A stretch of DNA of 64,000 nucleotides from Hyaloraphidium curvatum SAG 235-1 (lineage: Eukaryota > Fungi > Monoblepharomycota), in the NCBI GenBank assembly GCA_025558095.1, contig JAIVFI010000026.1, forward strand, positions 434,001-498,000, read 5' to 3'. Positions 1 to 10,884 of the stretch are shown here, one piece after another. Within the stretch, counting starts at the first letter, position 1, and every line of letters starts with the position of its first letter. A model generated the notes under the pieces. The model was given only the letters and a program-made list of their open reading frames with translations, was not told the origin of the DNA and ran no database searches. Made by a program: the position numbers and the translations under genes.

Positions 1-1236
1 TCTGGCGGCGAGGCTGTTGCAACCAACGGATTCATCATCAAAGGAACCGGTATCCCGGACCAGCTTGTGATGGTGAACAAACCAAGCAGCATCCCCGTAA
101 GGAGAGGGGGAGACCAGCAAGCTTTCACGTTGACACACCGGCCCGCAGGTGCATCCTTCGGGACGGTACCACCACAACTCCGTGACCCGCATCCTCCACA
201 CCCTTCACCCGGAGCTGTTTCCCCACAAGAATGGCGAGATAACGAAGGTCTTTCCTTGCAACCGCCTCGACAGGCTGACGTCCGGATTGCTTGTGATGGC
301 TCTCAGCCCCGATCGGGCACGAGAGTTTGAAAGCTATTTTGCCGGCCGTAAGGTTGGCAAGTGGTACGTCTGCCGGGTCAAGGGCGACTTTCCGAGGTAC
401 GTCAGAGTCCGACAGAGCCTCTTTCTTGAGGTAGTGACAAGTTTGCCTCAGTGGAACGATCACCGTGGATGCGCCCCTAATGGTCTACGAGCACAAACTG
501 GGCGTGAACTGCGTTTCTCCGAACGGCAAGCCAGCAACTACGATTTTCGAGAAGCTGAGCTACAATGGTCATACGAGTGTTGTCCAATGTCTGTTCGTTG
601 TACCGTCGGCATTCAGCATCCTCTGAGCACTTCTCTACCACAGGTCAACCACTGACGGGCAGGACCCACCAGATTCGTGTTCACCTCCGCTACTTGGGAC
701 ATCCGATCGCCAACGATCCCCTTTATGCGCATCGATTTTGGGACGAGGAAGCCGCGCATGTGCAGCTAGAGAGTTTCCCAGATCGACCCGAACTGGTGAA
801 CGAGGAGCCGCTGGCGCGCCGGGTGTCCCATCGGTTTCATGATGCAGCGGGTGACAACCGGTTGGGCGGGTGGCGGTTTGAAGACGGGGAGGGAGCGCCA
901 GGGAGCGATCCGCACGATGTGATCCCTCAGGCCGAGACTTTGATTTCCGAGGTCGGGCCCGACCCTGCCGAAGACGCACCTCTCGCGCATTTCTGTGCAG
1001 ATTGCAGGACTCAGCGGCCCGATCCTTTGCCGGATCAGCTTGGAATCTGGCTGCACGCCGTGCAGTACGAGTTTCCGCCATCGGGGCCGAGCAACGGCGA
1101 GAATGAGGGAAGGACCTGGTCCATCAGATCCCCACTTCCTGCATGGGCCGTGGAAACTTTCGCGGACGACAGACGGATAGTGAAGCAGCTCCAGGAGATT
1201 TGGGAGAGTCAATTGTGCGCTGTACAAGCAGATTGA
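1..1236 (+). CDS. RluA-family pseudouridine synthase (RIB2/PUS9-like); 5' end lies outside the window; at least 3 introns
   Basis: Spliced motifs VNKPSSIP|VHPSGRYHHN, CNRLDRLTSG (catalytic Asp), PLTGRTHQIRVHL..LGHPIANDPLY; GT-AG introns near 97-148, 397-450 and 589-643. Confidence 0.9.
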
Positions 1237-1311
1237 CGCTGCCACTGCCTCGCTCGCAAGCATTCCACGCCCATCAAGAAATCGCTCCCTTCCCCACGCT
1301 ACTCCCTCCCC

Positions 1312-3944
1312 TCACTCCAAAAACTGTCCCCCGCGGAGAACTAATGGTGGCGGCGGTTCCTGCGGAGTGGATGTGCCCGATCTCGCACCCAGCGCGGTTC
1401 TCAGGGCGTCCACAGCCGTGCGCTTCCGTGCCGTCCATGCGAACACGTCCTCGCCAAGTGCATCATCCAACGCTCTGCGAACCAGAATCCCGAGACCTCC
1501 GTCCGGGAGCCCAACGACGGACACCTCCATGTTGACCATCGCAACCGCTGCCAGGGATGCCGAGCTCCCTCCGGAAGGCGACTTGGCTCCGCGGGAAAGT
1601 AGCCGCCCGAAGAACCCGGGCTTGCGCGCAACGGGCGGTGACCCGCGTGCGACACTGGGCGCCGCGGATCCGGCGAACCGGCTTTGGCAAGTCCAGCTCG
1701 CCGCGCCCCCCGAACCCCAGCCCCTCCATTCCGCACCGTCCATGCCACGCATCGCGGCTTCCACCGCCATGCGCACCTCCGATGCGTCTGCCGGCTCGAC
1801 AATCAAGTCGGGACCGCGGTGCAACCGTGGATCGTGAGGCGGAGGTTCCGGAACAGGGCCCGCGGAGTCGTCGTCGAAGCTCAGCTGGACATCGGCAACC
1901 GCAGCGTCCCGCTCCTCAATGCCCTCGTCGCCGTCCACCTCGACGGGTGCGCGTGAGGCGTTGCGGTCTCCGTAGAGGCCGCTGAATCCGAAGCTGGGGC
2001 TTTCGTTCCCTGCAGGCGCCGCCTGCGGCCGCGAAATGCGCAGGAGAGCCGCGATGCTCCTACCCGCAGACGAAAACGCAGACTTTGCCGCTGCAGACAT
2101 TCTCGAAGACGCGGCAGATATGGCAGATCGGCCCGACCTCGCGGACGAAGCCACAGAGCCACGGGATCCAAAAGCGCGCCTCCGCGATCCGTCAGGGCCC
2201 CGGCCAAACGCCGACTCGTCCGAGGTGCGCCACGGGGCCGCAAACCGCCGTGAAAATGTGAGGTTGGCCGTCCTTGATGCTTCCGGTTCCGGCACGAGCG
2301 TAGTCGGCGACATGACGTCGATCGGCGTCGTGGAAGCGACGGCCAGATCGGTCGCAAGGGCCTTGATCACCCCGCTTTCGATCGCCGGCGGCAAGGCGAC
2401 CTCTTGCACGGTCCTGGCAGTCGGAATGGCAGGCTGCGCCGGTGTTGCGGCCAAGGCGGGTTTCTCCGAACCGGCCTCGTCCACGGGCGACCGCGGGGCC
2501 GCGTGCGGGTCGACGATCCCGCGCCTCCCCACGCCGGCGGCCTGCACCGCGGCCGCCAGCTTTTCCTCGATCCTCCTCTCGGCTTTTGCCACGACCGACA
2601 CGGCGGTCGCCAGCGACCCGGTCTTGACCCACTCGTTGGCCCTGACCTCGGCCCAGCCCCAGCGCTGCCGCGGGTCGCGGCGGAGCATGCCCTCGACCAC
2701 CTCACGGATGGCGACGGGGACGTGCTTGGGGTATGTGAGCTGGGAGGACATGATGTGCTTGTAGAGCAGCTGGATGTCGGCGGACTGCGGGTTGTTGGGA
2801 TCGTCTGCGGGGAACGGGTCGTCCGGTCACGGATGCGATGGTAAATGAGGATGTGAAGGGCCTCACCATCGAAGGGCAGGTATCCGGCGCACATGGCGTA
2901 GAGGATGACGCCGCAGCTCCACAAGTCCGCCTTGATGCCGTCGTACCCCTTGCCTTCCGCATCGCCGAGTACCAGCTCGGGCGCTGCGTAGCACGGGCTT
3001 CCGCACGAAGTTTGCAGCAGCCTGTGGGGTATCTCCGGGGGCGGGGCGAGGATGGGTGGGGGGGTGCCCGGGGAAGAGGGCGGGTCCGAGAGCGCCGCCG
3101 GCGGCGGTTGGTCTGTGACAATGGTCGTCGCGAACCCGAAATCCGTCAGGACGATGCGCTCGTGGGTATATCCGGCGGGGTTGCGGGCGCCTGGCGCGCC
3201 CGCCGGGGGCAGGTTCTCCTTGCCGGAGTTTTCGGTCGGGCGGTCCCAGGTGATGAGGAGGTTCTCGAGCTTGAGGTCGCGGTGCACGATGCCCTTCCGG
3301 TGCAGGTGCTGCACGGCGTCGAGCAGCTGCGTAAAGAACCAGCGCGCCTCGTCGGGTTTGAGGTACTTTGAGGTGAGGATGCGGTCGAACAGCTCGCCGC
3401 CCTCGGCGTACTCCATGACGATGCCGACGTAGCGCTCCGTCTCGATGACCTGCTCCAGCGAGACGACGTTCGGGTGGTCGCACACGCGGCGCAGCAGCGC
3501 AATCTCGCGCGCCAGCTTGGAGCGGCGCACCGGGTCGCGCACGATCGAGTCCTTGCGCACCAGCTTTATGGCCACGTGGCGCGCCTCCGTTGGCAGCAGC
3601 GCCAGCTTGACCTTGCCGAACTGGCCCTCGCCCAGCGTGCGCGCCAGCAGATAGGGGCCGAAGCGGCGCTCGGCGCCGCGCGGGGTGTTCGCGGCGGGGG
3701 CGGGGCTCGCGGGGGCGGGCGCGGCGGCCGGCGGGATGGCCGGCGCGGGGCCCTTCCCGGCCGCCAGATGTGCCGGCACGTAGTCGGACGGCGTCGCGTG
3801 CAGCGTGCGGTCGTCCTCGGAGGAGCCGCCCGACTGGACAGAGACCGACTTGTGCGGGCCCCCGCGCGGCGCCGCACCCGCCGCACCCGCCGCGCCCGGC
3901 GGCGGCCAGGCGATGACCACCGCCGAGTCGCTCGGCGGCTCCAT
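1312..3944 (-). CDS. Ser/Thr kinase, Kin4/Ppk1-like (AMPK-related), one intron near 2808-2866
   Basis: LGEGQFGKVK, VAIK, HRDLKLEN, DFG, TSCGSPCYAAPE, YLPFD|DPNNPQSADIQLLYKHI (Kin4-type insert); long low-complexity C-terminus. Confidence 0.9.
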
Positions 3945-4393
3945 CCGCGGGACGGGGAGGGAGGGCAGGCGGGCGGAGCCCCCCCAGCCATCAACCCCTC
4001 ACCCCAAAGAGGTCATGGGTCATCCGATGCAAGGCCAGATTCCCCGCATCGGAACTAAAGCAGCCGACTCCGGAATGCTCGGCTGGATGGCAGAGCAAGC
4101 AAGTCCACCCCTTCCGCCTCGACGTCGTTCAAGACACGCTGTTATGCCACCCGTCTCTCCCGGTCCCTGGCCATCCCTCAAGCAAAATCGCGGATGCGTC
4201 GGCACCCAGATAGGGCTGTAGAGCATCAGCTTGCTCTCGCCCGAATTTTGGTTGAACCGGGCGGATTTTTTGCCTGGTGGGGTGCGAATCCGACGCGCTC
4301 GCACGGCACCGGCGGACGGCACCGGCGGCTCGCGGTGCCGATATTCAGTTCCTTCACTCTCCGCTCCCCGCCTCGAGCTTGCCTGCCGTCGCG

Positions 4394-5847
4394 ATGCCGC
4401 AGCACTCGATTAAGCACCTGGGTGCGCTCCGACGCTCCCCGGTACCGGCCCGCGCTCACGGCTCCGCGATGCCTCCCAGCGATCCCCGAGCTCTTCAATG
4501 TCAAGGGCAAGATCGCCCTCGTCACGGTAAAGCATACCTGGAACCACATAGAGCGTGTCTCACGCGTCCATTGATCAGGGCGGAGGCACAGGCATCGGGA
4601 AGATGATCGCGGCGGCGCTCGTCTCCAACGGAGCCAAGGGTGGGGCCTCCCCCGCGCCGTCCCGGCCTCCGCACCGGGCTCATCCCCGCTCGAACAGTCT
4701 ACATCGCGTCGCGGAAGATGGACGTGGTACAGAAGGCCGCGGAGGACCTGAACCGGCTCGGGAAGGGGCAGTGCATCGCGCTCCAGGCCGACTTGGTCAC
4801 CCGGGCCGACTGCGAGAAGCTGGCCGGCGAAATCAAGAAGCGGGAGGACAGATTGCACATCTTGGTGAACAACGCAGGAAGTTGGTGCCTCTGTGTTGCG
4901 ATCGGTTGCGGATTTGACAACCGTTCCCGCGACTCGCAGTTTCTTGGGGAGGAAAACTAGAGGACTTCGACGAGAAGAACGGCTGGGACAAGCTCTTTGC
5001 CCTGTGCGTTGCTGCGTTGCTCGTGTATGTCTGCGCGGGAGCTTACCGTCACGTTTCAGGAACGTCAAGTCGATCTGGTGTGTTCTCGGCGCGGACCTGT
5101 TCACCGGCTGGTCCAGGGGCAACACCGACATCTCCTAACCACTCCCGGGCCTGCTGCCTTTGATTTGCAGGTACCTCACTGTTTCCTGTTTGGATTTGCT
5201 GTCCAAAGGCGCGCGGGGGAACGAGGATCCCGCCCGTATGTTTGCTGTAAGCTCAATGGGGGGAGTCACAGTCAACTCCGACGAAGGTAAGCCGCAGCGA
5301 AAGCTACGTTCTGTCGCCCACCAACGCAGTTTCCACGCTTTCCAGGCTCCGCTCTATCCGCACCCGGCAACGCGCCTTTCTCCTATGCTGTTTCAAAGGC
5401 CGCCGTGAACCACCTGGTCCGGCAGCTCGCCAACGTGCTCGCCAAGCGGCACATTATGTGCAACACCGTAAGTCCAGTCGGCGTCGTCAGTGCTGGTGCG
5501 TTTACTGATCGCGCCGCTTTGCGCTTTTGCGCCTTTTGCGACTCTGGGCGACAGATCGCACCCGGCGTGTTCCCCTCCCGGATGACTGCCTACGGCATCG
5601 AGCACAACGAGCGCGTCTTCATCGAGAACCAGCCTTCGGGCCGGATCGGCATGGTCGAGGACATGGCGGGGCTCGCGCTGTTCCTGTCGTCCAAGGCGTC
5701 GGCGCACATCACCGGTTCGTTGCCCGTTCATGGTTGACACGATTGGAACGGCATCGCTCATTTTTCCTTGCAGCGGACGTCTTCGGCATCGACGGCGGAG
5801 CATCCCTGGGCGTCATGGGGAAGCGCGGCACCGAGGCCAAGCTCTGA
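4394..5847 (+). CDS. Short-chain dehydrogenase/reductase, many introns, C-terminal PTS1 (-AKL)
   Basis: LFNVKGKIALVT|GGGTGIG, LVNNAG, YAVSK (YxxxK), IAPGVFPSRMT; ends EAKL*. Confidence 0.9.
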
Positions 5848-5947
5848 GTCTCACTGGGTATCGCCCGTTTATTCGAGAATACAGGATGATGCCTTTACAT
5901 TGTGCCGGCGGGTATCTGCGCGGTGTCCTGCAAACGACGGTACCTCT

Positions 5948-7456
5948 TTAGGCGAGGAGCACGGCTGCGGCGGCCACGACGGCGCCGAGGAGAGTGAAGC
6001 CGAGGCGGAGGGGTGCGGCGGCGGACTCCTCCTCCGTTGTGGTGGTGATGTAGATGCCGGGCAGGGTGCGGGAAGTGCTCGTCAACGTCGCGGCAGTGAT
6101 TGTGGTCGTGCTGCGTTCGACCGATCAGCTACTGGATCGCTCGGACCCTCAGGGCCGTACTCACGTGGTGGTGGTGGTTGTCTTCTTCGAAACCGACCTG
6201 CTCGTAGCGCCCGACACGTAGGTGTAGTTGACCGGCGCATCGGCGTTGATCCCGTTGTACGGATCCGCCAGCAGCTCGATCGGCGTGGTCCCGTTCATCA
6301 GCCGCGACACCAGCGCCCACGAGTTGTTGGTCGTCTCGGGCAGGTACTTTGGCGCAACCCACTGCGTGCCGTCGGCGCAGGGCACGTTGGTGTCGTTCGG
6401 CGGGGGCAGGCCCATGCGGCCAGTGCGGCACCAGTGCGGGGGTTCCCACTCGTAGCCGCCCACCTCGCACCGGAACGGCTCCGAGATCTGGCGTTCCAGG
6501 TAGAACTGGCGGCCCCAGAGGCAGCCCTCGCGGGTGCCGCTCCAAAATCCACCCTTGCCCTCCTCACTGTGGTGATGGGAGCCCGTTCAGCATGCCTGGT
6601 TCCGCAGCGATGGTCGCCACTTACGTGTTTTCGATCACGAGGGCCTCGACGTCGTCAAGGACCGATCCAGGAACGCGCACGCGGCGCGCCACGATCCAGT
6701 TCTTGTGGTCCTTGGGCGACTGGATGCACGACCACGGGCCGGGGCGCTCGCCCGTGGTCGGGTTGGTGGGCACGCACTGGTACTCCGGGGGCTCAAAGTT
6801 GTCGTGGATGGGACCAAAGTCGATGACGTTGTTCCAGGGGCTGCAGGTAGCGGAAGGTGAGTTCCATAGGCGCAGGTGGGCGGGGATCGCACCTGTCAAC
6901 AACCCGCCCGTAGGCATCGCAAATGATGTGGTCCTCCCACTGCCACCAGAAACCGCAGCACGAATCCTTCTTGCCGTACTCCCTGAAGATGCGTTGGAAT
7001 GCCATCGCGCCGGTCGGACCCGCTGCGCTCACCAGTACCACCGGTCGCAGCCGGTCGCCGTGTTCGAGGTATTCTTCTGGTAGAGTGCCACCCAGTTCTG
7101 GGACAGGTACCGCTCGATGATGCCGCAATCTTCGAAATGGCCGCGCATCAGCATTCTGGAGCCGCCTCGGGCCCGGAAGACGCACCGCCGGGAGACCAGT
7201 GGTGTTTGCCGCCAAAGTTCTCGGGCGCGCACTTGTCCGGGTCCCACAGCGAGAGGGTTTCGGTTGCCAGCGCCGTGGCGGCCGTGCGGGTAAGTGTTGC
7301 CTTGACGGTCTGGGCGCCCAGCACGGCCGTGTTCTTGGCCGAGGCGACGCTCTTGGAACCCGCGGCGGCGGTGCGGGACGCCGCCTGGCCGGCAGCCGAC
7401 GTCGCGAGGCCGAGGACCACGCCCAGGGCGACGACGGGCGAGCTGAGGATGCGCAT
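5948..7456 (-). CDS. Secreted, probably GPI-anchored Cys/Trp-rich protein of unknown function (about 5 introns)
   Basis: Signal peptide MRILSSPVVALGVVLGLA; spliced Cys/Trp exons (DSCCGFWWQWEDH, WEPPHWCR); Thr-rich stalk; hydrophobic tail LGFTLLGAVVAAAAVLLA*. Confidence 0.7.
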
Positions 7457-7589
7457 GATGTCGGCTGCTGGCCTGCGAGCCGGCGGGGAGCCCCGAGATT
7501 TGAACTGTTTGGCTGTTGGGGACAGCCGCAAACACTCGGGGTCAACGGCGGGTGCGCACTGCCGCCAACCGCCCCCCGAAAACGCGACA

Positions 7590-8873
7590 ATGTCCGCCGC
7601 CAAACGGAAAATACGATGCGTCGTGGAACAGTGGCGGCAGTCGAGGACGGTGGCCTCGGCAGCGCGCACGATTTCGCCGGACGGGCCCGGACTCAAGGAC
7701 TTTGTCCGGGACCAGCCGAGGCAGCGGATCCCGCTCCTGGGCATGACCAAGGCGCAGATCGCGGACGTCCTGAGGACCATCGCCCCGGGAGCCGAGTCCA
7801 TGCGGGCCTCGCAGGTGGCCACCGCGATGTACAGGCACGGAGCGCGGACGTTGGACGAGATTGCGTCGGTGCCGGCGGACTTCAGGGAGGCCCTGAAGGA
7901 GAGGGCCGAGATGGGCTACGGGGACATCAGGACGCAGCAGGTGTCTTCCGACGGCACCAAGAAATGGCTGTTTGAGTTTGGCGGGCCGAAGCCGGTCCGC
8001 GTCGAGACGGTGCTCATCCCTGGCGTGGCCTCGAGAAAGGCCTACGCGCGGCCTGCGTCCGGATCGGACGACGAACCGGGGGCCGACGACTTCGTGCCCG
8101 GCACGATTTGCGTCAGCAGCCAGGCCGGCTGCTCGCTGGCCTGCGCCTTCTGCCACACCGGGACGCAGCCCTTGGTGCGCAACCTCCTGCCGCACGAGAT
8201 CATGGGCCAGATCATGGCGGTGCTGCACGCCGAGGGCGACTTTCCCCTCCGCCCGTCGGCCCCGCGGCGGGTGTCCAACATCGTCTGGATGGGGCAAGGC
8301 GAGCCGTTGCTCAACTTCAGGAGCGTTAGCTCGGCGACTGAGCTTCTCGTCGCCGAACGGATCGTCAGCTCGCCCGCGAGGATGACCGTTTCGACGTCCG
8401 GGATACCCAAGAACATCCCAGCGCTCGCGGACCTCGGCGTCGGCCTGGCACTGTCCCTGCACGCTCCCACGGACGCCCTGCGCAACGAGCTGGTGCCCAT
8501 CAACAAAACTTTTCCCCTCAATCTCGTGCTGGACGCGTGTCGGGAGTACCTGGCGAAGATGGCAGCCCGATCCCCGCGCCGGCCGCGGATCACGTTGGAG
8601 TACGTGATGCTGGACGGTGTCAACGACCACCCGACGCTGGCCAAGGACGTGGTCAGGATCGTCAACGGCCTCGGCGGACGGGACGCGGCCAAGGTCAACC
8701 TGCTCCCCTGGAACCCGTGGGCGGGGTCGGCGTTTCGGACGAGCCCGCAGGAGAGCATTGAGCGGTTTGCCGAGGCGATCCGGAGGGCGGGGGTGCAGGT
8801 CAACGTGCGGACACCGAGGGGGAGGGACATCATGGCCGCGTGCGGGCAGCTCAAGACTAGTGCTGAGCGATAG
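7590..8873 (+). CDS. rlmN: RlmN-type radical-SAM RNA methyltransferase, intronless, likely organelle-targeted
   Basis: SSDGTKKWL, VETVLIP, CVSSQAGCSLACAFCHTG (CxxxCxxC), MGQGEPLLN, SLHAP, VNLLPWNP, RTPRGRDIMAACGQL. Confidence 0.93.
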   Translation: MSAAKRKIRCVVEQWRQSRTVASAARTISPDGPGLKDFVRDQPRQRIPLLGMTKAQIADVLRTIAPGAESMRASQVATAMYRHGARTLDEIASVPADFREALKERAEMGYGDIRTQQVSSDGTKKWLFEFGGPKPVRVETVLIPGVASRKAYARPASGSDDEPGADDFVPGTICVSSQAGCSLACAFCHTGTQPLVRNLLPHEIMGQIMAVLHAEGDFPLRPSAPRRVSNIVWMGQGEPLLNFRSVSSATELLVAERIVSSPARMTVSTSGIPKNIPALADLGVGLALSLHAPTDALRNELVPINKTFPLNLVLDACREYLAKMAARSPRRPRITLEYVMLDGVNDHPTLAKDVVRIVNGLGGRDAAKVNLLPWNPWAGSAFRTSPQESIERFAEAIRRAGVQVNVRTPRGRDIMAACGQLKTSAER

Positions 8874-9707
8874 CATTGTACTCGGGCCCCAGCGCCTCCA
8901 AACACCGCCCGAAATCACGAGCCTTGGCCGGCCACATGAAAAAGTGCCCCGAGGCCCCCGGAAAAACGTCCGGCGGGAGCGCGCACGCCAAGCGGAGCGC
9001 TTTACGGCGGCGAGAGTCGGTCCAGTTTAGGTTTCGGGGGCAATGCGGCGCCAAGTTGCCGTGGGACGCGGCGATGCGCGCCAATGGCCCCGGGCAGAGG
9101 TGACGCACGGGAGCCGTCGTCCCGCAGGGCGCTCGCCGATGAATGTCCAAATCGGCGGCTCGGCGAGCGGCGGCGTGGAGCCGTCGACACGTCGCTTGTG
9201 TGTGCGGTTGCTCGATTTCGTTGGGAGACAAGGCGGTGCCGTTGCCGAGGGCCAGGCCCTCACAAGCGGCCAAGGGTTCGAGGCCACGGCGTTGTATCCG
9301 CTATCGCGCATGGCGCGGCCTGTTTCGGCTCCTGTGCCGCCAAGTGGGTTCCCCCGGTGCCTCTGGCAAGTACGATCTGGCGATCGGCACGTCCGTTCGA
9401 GCAGGGGATGCGATGACGTAGCGGTCGTGTGACCGTTTTGGCTCGGCCGTTCCCCCCTTGCTCGGCCGGCGAGAGGCGCCGGAGCGACGTCCTTCGGTGG
9501 GCCAGCGACAAAATACCGGCCCGGAGCTCGGGGGGCGCCCTGCACGGGGCATGGAAGCCCGTCGAATCACCGGGCTTCGATGGGTTGCAAGGGCTGGAGC
9601 GCAAGGGTCGTTCTTCCGCCTCCCATCACAAAGCACTCCGTGTCTCCCGACAAACACACCTCGCGCCCGCCGCCGCCCGCCGCCGCAAACCGCCGCACTC
9701 CTTCGCC

Positions 9708-10476
9708 ATGCCCGCCGCCACCGAGACCATGTCGCCCGCCGCCACCGCCGGCAAGCCCGCGCAGGGCCACACCGTCGCCGTCCCCGAGGGCACCACCGCC
9801 GCCGCGCAGGCCGCGCCCGCCGCCGCCAAGAGCGCCTCGGACCCCAAGCAGTGGAAGTCGGTGAGTGCGGTGCCGCCTCCCCTCCGCGCCGCGCGCGCGC
9901 CCCGGCCGGGAGATCCGCGCACCCCGCGTCCCCCGGGCACCCCGCTGCACAGGCCCCCGCCGCCCGCCCCCCGGCGCCCCCGCGCTGCAGAGCTTCGGCC
10001 GAGCTCGCGGAGCACCGGGGTGCGGGCGCCGGGCCGTGCGCGCGCCGCCCGCCCGCAGCCCTCCCCGGACCCCCTGGCACGTGACTGCTGATCGCGGTGC
10101 GCGGCGGGGCGGCGGGGCGGGCCGCGGTGCATGCGATGGGATGCGGGGACCCGCCTGAGTGCGGTGCGGCGCGTGCCGCGGCGGTGCACCGCTCGCCACC
10201 CCGCCGGGGCGCCTGATCGCCCGACGCCCCCTGATCTGTGCTGATCTATGCCTTTCCATCCCTTTCCTCCGCCCCCTTCCGCCCCGCACGTTGCCCATCG
10301 GCCTCTTCGAATACTCCGACGCGATGTGCACGCCCTGCATCGCATGCAACGCCGTGCTCGCTGTGCCCGCACCTGTCAAACACGCCCCGCCGACCCCGCC
10401 GTGATCTGCCCCCAACGCCGGCCCCGATCGCTCCCCCGCTTCGCGCTCGCAGGGCAACAAGTGCGTGTTCATGTGA
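9708..10476 (+). CDS. 58-aa Ala-rich CaaX-box micropeptide (exons 9708-9860 and 10453-10476)
   Basis: GCCATG start; exon 1 ends ...DPKQWKS at a GTGAGT donor; acceptor CTCGCAG followed by in-phase GNKCVFM*. Confidence 0.65.
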
Positions 10477-10884
10477 GGCGGCATCGGCACGCCGGCTGCG
10501 TTTCGTTCGAGGGCGTTTTGGCACCTTTTCATCGGCAAACAACTATGTCTTTTCTGGCCGCGCGGGCCTCCCCGCCCGGCGGACTTTTTCTTTCGACTTT
10601 CGGACGGTGAAGCGTGGCAATCTTAATCCGGTGGACAGCCGCCGCGGACGCGTGTACCTGCCGCCGCGGCGCGGTGGTCAACACTTTTCTGTGTAGATGC
10701 TTTTCGACTTCAGTAGCCAAGGGCGGACGTGTGGGGACCTTTGATGTAGGCTCCGTATAAGTTAACCGTAGTCTCATCAAGCTGTTCGAGCGCTGCATCG
10801 CCGGGGTCCGAAGCGGTGTCGTCGAGCCGGGTGTTGACTTCGGCCCGGAGCAGCCGCCCGGAAGCCGCCCCTCGACCGGCCAGC

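Noticed and set aside
6999-7589. Long N-terminal extension of the RlmN ORF
   Set aside because: It is the antisense of the divergent GPI-protein gene; the ATG at 7590 is the plausible start.
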